Shown here: in pieces, positions 8,210 through 18,021 of the stretch
Layout: every line of letters begins with the position of its first letter
Position numbering within the stretch: position 1 is the stretch's first letter
DNA from: an uncultured Thermoleophilia bacterium
GTDB lineage: Bacteria > Actinomycetota > Thermoleophilia > Gaiellales > Gaiellaceae
Direction: 5' to 3'
Assembly: GCA_963716435.1 (NCBI GenBank)
Contig: OY970312.1
Span: 985,576 to 1,049,575 of the forward strand
DNA length: 64,000 bases
The notes under the pieces: model-generated
The model's input: the letters and a program-made list of their open reading frames with translations, nothing else
Told to the model about the DNA's origin: nothing
The model's database searches: none
Translations under genes and position numbers: made by a program

Positions 8210-9751
8210 CTAGGAGCAGCCGCCGGCCGGCGGGCGCTGACCGAACGGATTGAACGTGCGGTCGCTCGGCGCCTTGAGCGCAAACGACGGCGAGGCCTTG
8301 CCCTGGAAGATCGCCCGCATGTAGCCCTTGGTGTAGGGCGTCCCGAAGCGGGCCTGGAAGATCCCGCGCGAGGTCGCCTTGAGCGTCGAGATCCTGCGCC
8401 AGCCGCCGGAGGTCTTCCGCTGGATCGTGACCTTCCCGGGCTGCGAGTTCATCGTGCGGCCCCAGATGCGAATCGACCGCTTCTCCTTGATCGCGACGAA
8501 CGGGAAGCGGAACGCGACGATCGACGGCTTGACCTTGGCCGCGGCGATGTCGGCATTGAAGTAGTAGAAGCCCGACTGGTACGGGTCGCCGCAGGCGCCC
8601 GTGTACTGGTTGTCGGCGAGCTGGAGCCAGGCGACGAGCGTGACGCCGGCCGACCACATCCGGTACATGCCCTCGGCGACCCAGCGGGTGTGCAGCGCGG
8701 CCGGAATCGCGGCCGGGTCGGGCGGGCTGGTGTCCCAGCTGAACTCGTCGACCCAGAACTTCACCTTGTTGCCCGCGGCCGTGATCTTCTTGGCCTTCGT
8801 TCCGGCGGTGAGTACCTTGCGCACGGCCGGGAGATCGCCGAGCGAGACGTCTCCGGGCTGCACCGCCTTGCGGGTCGGGCCGCCGGAGGTGTACGGGTGC
8901 GTCCCCCAGATGTCGAAGCGCACCGGGCCACAGCCCTTCTTCGGCTTCAGCTTCGTGTCGAGGCAGACGAGGATCCGCAGGAAGTCGAGCGGCGCGGTGT
9001 TGAGCGTCCGCTTGAACGGGCTCGTCCCGCCTGCCAGCACGAGGTTGCTCGCGCTCACGGACTTGAGGCCCGTGGCCATCGCATTGACCATGTCGCGGTA
9101 GCGCGTGACGCCGACCGGCTGGTTTCCCACCCGCTGCGGATAGAGGAAGCGGTACTGGTTCGGCTCGTTCCAGACCTGCCAGTGGCGGACGGCCGGCAAA
9201 GTCTCCCCCGCGTGGTTCGGGTCCGGATCGGGGAAGTCGCCGTTGTAGCGAACCGCGGCGGCGTGCGCGAAGAGGCCGAGCTCGGCGGCGTCGGGCTTCG
9301 TCCAGCCGTCGGGGCCGTCGGAGGCCCAGTCCGGTGCGCGCGCGATCATCACGAGCGGCTTCAGCCCGTGGGCGACGGTGTCGCGGATGAGCTGGTCGAA
9401 CTCGGTCCAGTTGTTGATCGCCCCCGGCTCCATGTTGTTGTAGGCGGGGTCGTTCGGATCCGAGGGATCGAGTGGGCGAACCGGCCCGGCGAGCACGGCC
9501 CAGTCCAGGTGGAGCTTGATCACTGTCGCGCCGCTCGTGGCCACGCGGGTGAAGCCGGCCTCCGCCTGGCTGCCGACGAACGCCGTCGTCGGGTAATGGA
9601 TGAAGGCGGTCTCGAACGGAGGCGTCGCAGCCTCAACCGGCGCGGCGGCGAACGCCAGGATCGCCGCGACCGACGCTATGAGCGCCGGAAGGCGAGCGGA
9701 TCTCACGCTGTCGCGGTTGAAAGCCACAGGACGCTGGTTCGTCGACCCCAA
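8210..9751 (-). CDS. Secreted TIM-barrel glycoside hydrolase-like protein
   Basis: Signal peptide (LPALIASVAAILAFAAAPVEA). RHWQVWNEPN acid/base motif typical of clan GH-A hydrolases. The start is ambiguous (TTG 9751 or GTG 9706). Confidence 0.65.
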   Translation of the reverse strand: MGSTNQRPVAFNRDSVRSARLPALIASVAAILAFAAAPVEAATPPFETAFIHYPTTAFVGSQAEAGFTRVATSGATVIKLHLDWAVLAGPVRPLDPSDPNDPAYNNMEPGAINNWTEFDQLIRDTVAHGLKPLVMIARAPDWASDGPDGWTKPDAAELGLFAHAAAVRYNGDFPDPDPNHAGETLPAVRHWQVWNEPNQYRFLYPQRVGNQPVGVTRYRDMVNAMATGLKSVSASNLVLAGGTSPFKRTLNTAPLDFLRILVCLDTKLKPKKGCGPVRFDIWGTHPYTSGGPTRKAVQPGDVSLGDLPAVRKVLTAGTKAKKITAAGNKVKFWVDEFSWDTSPPDPAAIPAALHTRWVAEGMYRMWSAGVTLVAWLQLADNQYTGACGDPYQSGFYYFNADIAAAKVKPSIVAFRFPFVAIKEKRSIRIWGRTMNSQPGKVTIQRKTSGGWRRISTLKATSRGIFQARFGTPYTKGYMRAIFQGKASPSFALKAPSDRTFNPFGQRPPAGGCS

Positions 9752-9899
9752 AGCCGCACGGACGGGCCGGGTGCCCGGCGCACGACCCGTGTCGCTGAGC
9801 GCGCGAGTATAGACCAGGAATGTCAGCGGTTCATCAGGTCTCCGGACTGCCAGGCTCTAGACTGACGCGGCCTCCGTTCGAAACCGGTGGGCTTTGCGA

Positions 9900-11882
9900 A
9901 TGACCCTTTCCGCTTCGTCCTCGGTCCGCCGTAGGAGCGGCGTGGCGCGTTTCGGCGTCTACGTCTTGCCCGCTGCCGTCGCCGTTGCGCTCACCTGGGC
10001 GGCGTTTGACGGCGGCAGTTACGGGCTGACGTCGCGCAATACGCTGGCGATCGCGGTGTGGTGGGGAATCGCGCTGGCGCTCGGGCTTTCCGTCTGGCCG
10101 CTTGCCCGCGTTCCCCGTGCGGCGCTCCTCACCGGCGGCCTGCTCGCGGCGTTCGCGCTCTTCACGGCGTTCTCCGTCGCGTGGTCGACGAGCGCCGAGG
10201 ACGCGTTCAACGAGTTCAACCGCGTCGTGCTCTTTCTCGGGATCCTCATCGTCGCGGTGCTCGGCTCGTCGCGCGCCAACGTGGACCGCTGGTGCGACGG
10301 GATCGCCGCCGGGATCGTCGCCGTCGGCCTGCTCGCGCTCGGGAGCCGGTGCTTTCCGCAAGTCTTCCCCGCGGACGAGCTCGCCCAGCTGCTTCCGATC
10401 GAGGCCCGGCGGCTCAACTATCCGCTGAACTACTGGAACGGGCTCGCGGCGCTCCTCGCGCTCGGCCTTCCGCTGCTCCTGCGCGCCGCCGTCGAGGCGC
10501 CCGGCGCGGTTCGCCGCGGGGTGGCCGTGGCACCGCTTCCGGCGCTGGCCGCGGCGATCTACCTGACCTCCTCCCGCGCCGGGACGATCGCGGCGGCGAT
10601 TGCCGTGGCCGGGTTCGTCGCGCTCACCCGCCGGCACTGGGCAGCGGCTGCGGCCGTGGGCGCGGGAGCGCTCGGCGCGGCGCTGACGGTCGGCTTCGCG
10701 GCGTCGAGCCACGAGCTGGTGAACGGCCCGTTCGACTCGGCCGCGGCGAGGAGCCAGGGCTGGCAGGCGGCGCTCGTCATCGTTCTCGGCTGCGCCGTCG
10801 CCGGGGTTGCCTACGGCCTCGGAGTGCGTCGCTTCGGCGGGCGGCCCGAGCCGGGTCGCCGCGTGGGGTGGATCGCGGTCGGCCTCGTCGCGGTGGTGCT
10901 CGTCGCCGGCCTCGTCGCCGCGCATCCGGTCAAGCGGTTCCAGGACTTCAAGCGGCTGCCCGACGCGACGGAAACGTCATCGCTCACCGGCGACGACCAG
11001 ATCCGCGCGCACCTCCTCAGCTCGAGCGGGAACGGGCGCTGGCAGTGGTGGAGCTCCGCGGTTGACGAATGGCGGGCGCACCCGGTCGAGGGCGGCGGCG
11101 CCGGGTCGTTCGAGGCCTGGTGGACGGAGCGCGGGACGCTCCCCGGCTTCGTCCGCGACGCGCACTCTCTCTACGCCGAGACGCTCGGCGAGCTCGGCCT
11201 TATCGGGTTCGCGCTGCTCGTGGCCGCGCTCGGCTCAGGCGTGGTGACCGGCGCGAGGCGGCTCCGCGGGGGCGAGGCGCGCAGCACCCTGGCCGCGCTC
11301 CTCGCCGGATTCGTCGCGTACCTAGCAATCGCGGGCGTCGACTGGATGTGGGAGATGACCGTCGTGACCATCGTGGCCATGCTCCTGCTCGGGCTGCTCG
11401 TCGGCCCGGCCACCGCGGTCACGGGGCCGAAGCCGGCGAAGGCCCCCGACGGCCGCCCGCCTGGGCCGAACATCCGGGCGGCGAGCGCGGTCGTGCTGGT
11501 CTGCGCCGCCCCGTTCGTGATCGGCAGCCAGCTCGTGCCGCTCCTCGCGACGCTCGAGGTCCGCCGAAGCCAGGCGGACGTCATTGCCGGCGACGGCGCG
11601 GGTGCGCTGTCGAACGCGCTCGCCGCGCGCCGTCTCCAGGGCTGGGCGGCCTCGACGCATCTCCAGCTGGCGCTTGTCCAGGAGCAGCTCGGGAACCTCC
11701 CTGCGGCGCACCGGACGATTCGCGCGGCGATCAGGCACGACGAGACGGACTGGCGGCTCTGGCTCGTGCGGGCCCGGATCGAGACGAAGCTCGGAAAGAT
11801 CCCCGAAGCGCGGCGCTCGCTCCACCGCGCCGCCGAGCTCAACCCTCGATCGGCGCTCTTCGAAGGACTCGAGGCAGGGTGA
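9900..11882 (+). CDS. O-antigen ligase/polymerase-like (Wzy_C) membrane protein with C-terminal TPR-like repeats
   Basis: More than 10 predicted TM helices. Motif RDAHSLYAETLGELGLIGFALLV matches the Wzy_C/O-antigen ligase family. The C-terminal ~130 aa are helical-repeat-like. Confidence 0.75.
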   Translation: MTLSASSSVRRRSGVARFGVYVLPAAVAVALTWAAFDGGSYGLTSRNTLAIAVWWGIALALGLSVWPLARVPRAALLTGGLLAAFALFTAFSVAWSTSAEDAFNEFNRVVLFLGILIVAVLGSSRANVDRWCDGIAAGIVAVGLLALGSRCFPQVFPADELAQLLPIEARRLNYPLNYWNGLAALLALGLPLLLRAAVEAPGAVRRGVAVAPLPALAAAIYLTSSRAGTIAAAIAVAGFVALTRRHWAAAAAVGAGALGAALTVGFAASSHELVNGPFDSAAARSQGWQAALVIVLGCAVAGVAYGLGVRRFGGRPEPGRRVGWIAVGLVAVVLVAGLVAAHPVKRFQDFKRLPDATETSSLTGDDQIRAHLLSSSGNGRWQWWSSAVDEWRAHPVEGGGAGSFEAWWTERGTLPGFVRDAHSLYAETLGELGLIGFALLVAALGSGVVTGARRLRGGEARSTLAALLAGFVAYLAIAGVDWMWEMTVVTIVAMLLLGLLVGPATAVTGPKPAKAPDGRPPGPNIRAASAVVLVCAAPFVIGSQLVPLLATLEVRRSQADVIAGDGAGALSNALAARRLQGWAASTHLQLALVQEQLGNLPAAHRTIRAAIRHDETDWRLWLVRARIETKLGKIPEARRSLHRAAELNPRSALFEGLEAG

Positions 11883-13626
11883 GCATGAGCCCGAGCACCG
11901 TCCAGAAGAACATGGCCATGTAGGGCCCCTCGAGCGCGACGTTCAGCGCCGCCACGACGGAGATGAAGGTGAAGAGGGCGAGCAGCGCGACGAGCGGCGG
12001 GCGCTCGCCGGTTTCCGTTGCGCGGAAGAGCCGGGACATGCGGACAAGGGCGACGGCGAGCAGTCCGATGAGTCCGGCGAGGCCGACCAGGCCGGTCCTG
12101 TAGAAGAGGTTCACGAAGGAGTTGTGCGGCGGACTCAGCGACTCGAAGCCGCCCGGCTCGCGCGTGTCGTACACGACGCCGCGCCACGGGAACGCGGCGG
12201 GGTGGCCGAACCCGACGCCGAGCACCGGCTCGTCGAACGTCTCGTCCAGTAAGGCGCGCCAGTAATGGAGCCGCCAGTTGGCGTTCAGGTACTCGCCGGT
12301 CGCCGCGCGCGGATCGAAGCTGTCCACGATCGCCGACAGGAGCGTCGACTCCTTGGGCGGTGTCCGGGTGATCGTCATCGGGCCGCTGACGTTGGACTTC
12401 CGGTCGAGCGCGTCCTCCGAGTAGCTTCCTGAGGCGTCGCGCGTGATGCGCACCGAGTCGAACCGGGCGCCGAGAACGCCGCGGTCGGGGACGAACATCA
12501 GGCGCTCGACCGGCGCCGTGGCGCGCAGCCGAACGCTCAGCCGCTGCCAGACGCGGTCGGGTTGCGCGTGCCAGAAGACCATGCTCCAGCCGGTGCCGGC
12601 GTTGTTGCCCGCGATGCCGCGGTTCGAGAGCGGGTCGAGCGGCTTGACCGCGAAGCTCACCGTGTAGATCGCGCCCGGGACGAGCCCGGTGACGTACGGG
12701 ATCTCGATCGCCTCGCCGATTTGCGCCTCGCGGGATGCCCGTCCTCGCTCCGCGTCGATCGTCACCACCTTTCCTCCCACGGCGGGCTGGAGCTCGTCGT
12801 CGAGCACGAGGCTCGAGGCGACGTCGACCGAGACCGGCGGCGTCGTGTTGGCCGCCAGCCCGCGGTCGCCGAATCCGAGCGTCTGCAATCCGACGACCGC
12901 GCCCACCGACAACGCGATGCAGGCGAAGCCGATCGCGGCCGTGCGCAGCGGACGGGGGGACAGGACGCCGAGAACGATGAGCGCCGCGAGGAGCGCGACG
13001 AGGACGCTGCGTCCGGCGCCGAACGCCATGAGGAGCACCGCGCCCGCGGCGACGCCCAGCTCCCAGTTGGCCGGCCGTTCCCCGTACATGAGGCGCGCGG
13101 CCACGGGGAGGACCCAGAGGGCGAGGTAGATCCCCACCGCCGAGGTCGGGTTCTCGACGACGCCGATCGGCGAGTTGGGGGCGAAGAAGAAGACGACCGC
13201 GAAGACCGCCGTCGCGGCGAGCCCCGCGTAGGAGAGCGTGCGCACGAGGGCGTCCGCGCGTGCCCGCGTGTCGGCGAGAACGGCCACGAGCGGGACGAAG
13301 ATCGAGTACTCGACGAGTCCGACGTCCTTGATCGTCGCCGAGAGACCGTACGTGTCGAGTCCGCGCAGCGCGGCGATCGCGCCGCCCAGCCAGAGCAGCC
13401 CGAGCGCCACGAGGGGAACCGAGCGGCGGATGCGGTCGAACGCGCCCCGGAAGCCCGTGCGCCGAAGTGCCAGGACGATGATCGCCGCGAGCGCGACCTC
13501 GGTGATGTAGAGGCCACCGGCGCCGATCTTCGAGAACGGCCGGCCGAAACAGGCCGTCAGGACGAGCAGCGCCGCGAATACCGCGAGATCGGGGTTGGCG
13601 CGCGCCCAGCGCCGCAGGCCGGTCAT
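11839..13626 (-). CDS. O-antigen ligase/polymerase-like (Wzy_C) membrane protein with a large extracytoplasmic insert
   Basis: Polytopic. Motif PPHNSFVNLFYRTGLVGLAGLIGLL. Start ATG 13626 overlaps the stop of the upstream GT4 gene (ATGA). Confidence 0.75.
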   Translation of the reverse strand: MTGLRRWARANPDLAVFAALLVLTACFGRPFSKIGAGGLYITEVALAAIIVLALRRTGFRGAFDRIRRSVPLVALGLLWLGGAIAALRGLDTYGLSATIKDVGLVEYSIFVPLVAVLADTRARADALVRTLSYAGLAATAVFAVVFFFAPNSPIGVVENPTSAVGIYLALWVLPVAARLMYGERPANWELGVAAGAVLLMAFGAGRSVLVALLAALIVLGVLSPRPLRTAAIGFACIALSVGAVVGLQTLGFGDRGLAANTTPPVSVDVASSLVLDDELQPAVGGKVVTIDAERGRASREAQIGEAIEIPYVTGLVPGAIYTVSFAVKPLDPLSNRGIAGNNAGTGWSMVFWHAQPDRVWQRLSVRLRATAPVERLMFVPDRGVLGARFDSVRITRDASGSYSEDALDRKSNVSGPMTITRTPPKESTLLSAIVDSFDPRAATGEYLNANWRLHYWRALLDETFDEPVLGVGFGHPAAFPWRGVVYDTREPGGFESLSPPHNSFVNLFYRTGLVGLAGLIGLLAVALVRMSRLFRATETGERPPLVALLALFTFISVVAALNVALEGPYMAMFFWTVLGLMLTLPRVLRRAPIEG

Positions 13627-14711
13627 CCCTCGTCTCCCGCGATCCGCAGCGCGTCGGCGAGGATCTCTGCGGAGCGTTCCCACGTGTACTGCGCGGCCCG
13701 CTGCTCGCCGCGGCGCACGGCTTCGGCGCGCAGGCCCTCGTCGGTCAGCGCGCGTTGGAGCGCTTCCGCGGTCTCATCCGACCCGGCGGCTGCGTCGAGC
13801 CAGACCGGCGCGTTTCCGCCGAGCTCCGCGACGCCGCCGATTCGCGTCGCGACGACCGGAACTCCCGCGGACATGGCCTCGAGCACGGGCAGCCCGAAGC
13901 TCTCCAGCAGCGAGAGGTGGAGGAGGACGTCGGACGACTCGTACACGGCCGGCATGCGCTGGTGGGGGACGGCGCCGAGCAGCTCAACCCGGTCGCGGAC
14001 GCCGAGCCGGGTCGCGAGCGCCTCGAGGGCGGTGACCGCCGAATCGCTCCCGGGCCCGGCGATGCGGAGGGTCGCGTCCGGCAGCGACTGGGTGAGCCGC
14101 GCGAACGCCTCGACGGCGAGATCGACGCGCTTGTAATCCCAGAGCGCCGAGACGCAGAGGACACGTCCGGCTGCGGGCCCGGCGGGCCTGCGTGCCCAAC
14201 CGAGATCGATCCCCGGCGGTGCGACACGTATCCGGCGCGCGTCCAGGCCGGGGAACTCCTCGAGGAGCAGGTCGCGCAGGTGCTCGCTGACCGCGGCGAC
14301 CTGGGTGGCGTGCTCCAGCGTGCGGGCGAGCGCGCGCGGCCGGTACCAGCGGCGCAGGCGCGTGACGTCGCGGCTCAGGCCGACGGCGCTCGGCAGCGAG
14401 AGCAGGTTGTGCTGGACGCAGACGGACGGGCCCCGGCGGCGCGGCGGCAGGTAGTTCAGTGGCCCGAGGAGGACGTCGCAGTCGAGCCCGCGCGCGATGC
14501 GGCCCTCGGCCGCGATCCGGCCGGCGTGGCCGAACCGGGGCGTGTCGTGGGAAACGACGCGGCAGCCGCGGAAATCGACGTCCGGATCGGAGATGTGCAC
14601 CTCCAGCTCGAGCCCCGGTTGCGCGGCGAGCGCCGGCAGGATTCCGTTCAGGTACGTGCGCCCACCGGTGTCGCGGCCGATTGGGCCGAGCGCGAGCACC
14701 GCGACCCTCAT
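13623..14711 (-). CDS. Glycosyltransferase family 4 (GT-B)
   Basis: ESFGLPVLEAMSAGVPVVATRIGG signature. Start placed at MRVAVLAL (14711); the ORF opens at 14789. Confidence 0.85.
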   Translation of the reverse strand: MRVAVLALGPIGRDTGGRTYLNGILPALAAQPGLELEVHISDPDVDFRGCRVVSHDTPRFGHAGRIAAEGRIARGLDCDVLLGPLNYLPPRRRGPSVCVQHNLLSLPSAVGLSRDVTRLRRWYRPRALARTLEHATQVAAVSEHLRDLLLEEFPGLDARRIRVAPPGIDLGWARRPAGPAAGRVLCVSALWDYKRVDLAVEAFARLTQSLPDATLRIAGPGSDSAVTALEALATRLGVRDRVELLGAVPHQRMPAVYESSDVLLHLSLLESFGLPVLEAMSAGVPVVATRIGGVAELGGNAPVWLDAAAGSDETAEALQRALTDEGLRAEAVRRGEQRAAQYTWERSAEILADALRIAGDEG

Positions 14712-14927
14712 CGACCCGGTCCGAGTCATCGCGAAAAGTGTAGAGCGGTCAAGCGCAGATCCAACCGGGGACCGGCACACATTCGGCACGTTTCGGCACA
14801 GACGCGTGCGGATTTCGGGGCTACGCTGACCGCAAGGGGTGCTGCACAGGGGGTCCCCCGGGGGGAAGGCGCGCGAAGTCGGGCGGTCGCGGGTTTTTCG
14901 GGGGCGAGGCTAGTACCCTTTTGCGCT

Positions 14928-17018
14928 GTGAAACAGGTGACGCATCGCCTGCGCGACGGGCGGATCGAGGTGCTCGACGTCCCCAGGCCCGAGTTGCGGC
15001 CCGAGGGGGTGCTCGTGGACGTGCGCGCCAGCCTCGTGAGCGCGGGAACCGAGCGGCGCACCGTGGAGACGGGGCGCAAGAACCTCCTCGCCAAGGCGCG
15101 CGCCCGGCCCGACCAGGCCAGGCTCGTGATCGACAAGGCGCGGCGCGACGGAATCGGCTCGGCCGCGAAGGCCGTGCGCTTCCGGCTTGGTCAGCCCGCG
15201 CCGCTCGGCTACTCGGCCGCCGGCGTCGTGCTCGCGGCCGGGAGCCGCGTGACCGACCTCGTTCCCGGCGATCGCGTCGCCTGCGCCGGGGCCGGGTTCG
15301 CCACCCATGCGGAGATCGACTACGTGCCCGCCAATCTCGCTGTGCCGATCCCGGACGGCGTCTCCTTCGAGGACGCGGCTTTTGCGACCGTCGGGGCGAT
15401 CGCGCTCCACGCCGTCCGCCAGGCGGACGCACGCCTGGGCGAGCGCGTCGCCGTGATCGGGCTCGGTCTCGTCGGCCAGCTCGCGGGGCAGATCCTCCGG
15501 GCGGCGGGCTGCCGGGTCGTTGGGATCGACCTCGACGCGTCGCTCGTGGAGCGGGCCCTCGCGGACGGCGCGGCCGACGACGCCTTCCGGCGCGAGGCCC
15601 TCGACGGAGAACTCCCGGCTGCCGCCACCGGCTGCGACGCCGTGCTGATCACCGCTGCGACCTCCTCGGCCGACCCGGTCGAGCTCGCCGCGCGCCTGAG
15701 TCGCGACCGCGGGCGCATCGTCGTCGTGGGCGACGTCGGCCTCGACGTTCCCCGCGACGCCTACTACGACAAGGAGCTCGAGCTGGTCGTCTCCCGCTCG
15801 TACGGGCCCGGCCGCTACGACGCCGACTACGAGGAGCGCGGGCTCGACTACCCGATCGGCTACGTCCGCTGGACGGAGCGGCGCAACCTCGCCGCGTTCC
15901 TCGACCTCGTCGCCGCCGGGAAGGTGCGCGTCTCCGAGCTCGTTACGGCGCGCATTTCCGTGGACGAGGCGCCGGAGGCCTACGACGCGCTCGTCGGCGC
16001 CGATTCGTCGCCGCTCGGCGTGCTGATCGGCTACGAGCCGGTCGCGGCCCCGCCCGCGCTGGTCGAGCCGACTCCGGCCGCCGGGCCTCCGTTGGCCGCC
16101 GGCGTGATCGGCGCGGGAAACTTCTCCGCCGCCGTGCTCATCCCGGGGCTCGCGGGCGCGGGCTTCACGCTCGAGGCGGTCGCGAGCGCGAGCGGTCTGA
16201 CCGCGCGGGGAGCCCAGGATCGGTTCGGCTTCGCCCGCGCGCTCACCACGGACGAGCTGATCGCCGATCGCGGCGTCGGGCTCGTCGCGGTCGCGACGCG
16301 GCACGGATCGCACGCCTCGCTCGCCGCGCGTGCGCTGCGCGCCGGAAAGTCCGTCTTCGTCGAGAAGCCGCCGGCGCTGACCGAGGAGGAGCTCGACGAC
16401 CTCACCGCGGCCCGTGCTGCGGGAGGCGCGCTCACCGTCGGCTTCAACCGCCGGAACGCCCCGTTGGCCGCGGCGCTACGCGATTTCCTCACCGGCCCGT
16501 TCGAGCTCCTCTACCGCGTGAACGCCGAGTCGATCGACGCCGGCCACTGGCTGAACGACCCGGACGACGGCGGCGGACGTCTGCTCGGCGAGGGCTGCCA
16601 TTTCGTCGACTTCGCCTGCTGGCTCGCGGATGCGCTGCCGACCCGCGTGACCTGCGCGCTCAGCCCGGCGCCGGGCCGACCGCTCGCGGCCGCGGAGAGC
16701 TTCACGATCCACCTGGATTTCTCGGACGGATCGACTGCGACGATCGTCTACGGCTCGCAGGGCGACCCGAAGCTCGGCAAGGAGCGCATCGAGGCGCACT
16801 CCGCGGGCCGCTCGGCCGTGCTCGACGACTTCGAGCGCCTCGAGCTGCACGGCGACGGCCGCACCCGCACGAGCAAGTCCCGCCGCGACAAGGGCCACAC
16901 GGCGCAGTTCGCCGCGCTCGCCGCCGGGACAACGCAGAGCCCGGACCCGCTCGCCACGATGGCGGTCACGCTGGCCGCGCTGCGCTCCGCCGAGACCGGC
17001 GAGACGGTCGCGCTCTAG
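14928..17018 (+). CDS. Bi-domain oxidoreductase (MDR/alcohol dehydrogenase-like plus Gfo/Idh/MocA)
   Basis: GTG start at 14928 (VKQVTHRLRDGRIEVLDVPRPEL). VAVIGLGLVGQLAGQ Rossmann motif in the first half. The second half has AGVIGAGNFS ... and the VFVEKP motif of the Gfo/Idh/MocA family. Confidence 0.8.
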   Translation: MKQVTHRLRDGRIEVLDVPRPELRPEGVLVDVRASLVSAGTERRTVETGRKNLLAKARARPDQARLVIDKARRDGIGSAAKAVRFRLGQPAPLGYSAAGVVLAAGSRVTDLVPGDRVACAGAGFATHAEIDYVPANLAVPIPDGVSFEDAAFATVGAIALHAVRQADARLGERVAVIGLGLVGQLAGQILRAAGCRVVGIDLDASLVERALADGAADDAFRREALDGELPAAATGCDAVLITAATSSADPVELAARLSRDRGRIVVVGDVGLDVPRDAYYDKELELVVSRSYGPGRYDADYEERGLDYPIGYVRWTERRNLAAFLDLVAAGKVRVSELVTARISVDEAPEAYDALVGADSSPLGVLIGYEPVAAPPALVEPTPAAGPPLAAGVIGAGNFSAAVLIPGLAGAGFTLEAVASASGLTARGAQDRFGFARALTTDELIADRGVGLVAVATRHGSHASLAARALRAGKSVFVEKPPALTEEELDDLTAARAAGGALTVGFNRRNAPLAAALRDFLTGPFELLYRVNAESIDAGHWLNDPDDGGGRLLGEGCHFVDFACWLADALPTRVTCALSPAPGRPLAAAESFTIHLDFSDGSTATIVYGSQGDPKLGKERIEAHSAGRSAVLDDFERLELHGDGRTRTSKSRRDKGHTAQFAALAAGTTQSPDPLATMAVTLAALRSAETGETVAL

Positions 17019-17935
17019 ACCGAGTACACGGAGCGCATCCAGTCCACCGTCTTGGGGATGCCCTCCTCGAGCTTGATCGTCGGGTTGTGGCCGAACGCGG
17101 CCGCGGCCTTCGAGATGTCGGGCCGCTTGTTTTGCACGTTGTGCTTGTCCTCGGGCAGGTACGAGATGAGCTCGTCCGACTTGCCGAGGTAGTCGAGCAG
17201 CAGGTTCGACATGTGCTCGACGCTCACGAACTCGACGCCGCCCACGTTGTAGACCTCGCCGGGGACGAAGTTCTCGACCACGTTCGCGAGCGTCGGCGTG
17301 AAGTCGTCGATGTACATGAACACGCGGTGGTAGCCCTTGTAGACCTCGTACGGCAGGTCGTGCAGCGCGCGGTACGTGAACAGGCAGACCACGCTGCGGT
17401 ACTGGTGATAGCGCTCCCCGGGGCCGTACGCGTTGAAGAAGCGCAGGCGCACGATCTCGGAGTCGTAGCGCTTCTCGAAGTTCATGATCTGAACCTCGTT
17501 CACCCACTTGGTCGTCGCGTAGTCGTTGTGCTGGATGAGCGATTTCTGGAGGGGGATGTCCTCGGTGAGGATCTCCTCGTGCCGGTCGCCGTAGATCTCC
17601 GACGAGGACGCGAACACGAGCTTGAAGCCGCGCTCGCGCTGGAGCTCGAGCAGGTGCCGCGTGCCGATCACGTTCGTCGCCCAGAGCGTCTCGTAGTACT
17701 CCTCGCCGTTCAGGCGTCCGAATTCGGCGGCCAGGTGGTAGACGAAGTCGAACGGCCCGGCGTCGTCGAAGACGCGCTCGAGCTGCCGGAACTGGCGGAT
17801 GTCGGCACGGATCGTCTGCTCGTCGACGCCGTGCTGGAGGTCGCAGCCCCACACCGTGTGCCCGCGGCGCCGCAGCTCTGCGGTGAGCGGACGTCCCAGA
17901 GTGCCGGAGCAGCCGGTTACGAGGATCTTCGCCAT
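17015..17935 (-). CDS. NAD-dependent epimerase/dehydratase (extended SDR)
   Basis: N-terminal MAKILVTGCSGTLG and a YATTKW (YxxxK) motif. Converges on the bi-domain oxidoreductase gene with a 4-nt overlap. Confidence 0.85.
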   Translation of the reverse strand: MAKILVTGCSGTLGRPLTAELRRRGHTVWGCDLQHGVDEQTIRADIRQFRQLERVFDDAGPFDFVYHLAAEFGRLNGEEYYETLWATNVIGTRHLLELQRERGFKLVFASSSEIYGDRHEEILTEDIPLQKSLIQHNDYATTKWVNEVQIMNFEKRYDSEIVRLRFFNAYGPGERYHQYRSVVCLFTYRALHDLPYEVYKGYHRVFMYIDDFTPTLANVVENFVPGEVYNVGGVEFVSVEHMSNLLLDYLGKSDELISYLPEDKHNVQNKRPDISKAAAAFGHNPTIKLEEGIPKTVDWMRSVYSV

Positions 17936-18021
17936 GAGGTCATTCTCCCTGGAACGGCGCGGAAGCGGGCGCTACCGTACCAGAGCCCATCGCTCCCGAC
18001 CCGGGGTGCCGGATCCCGATC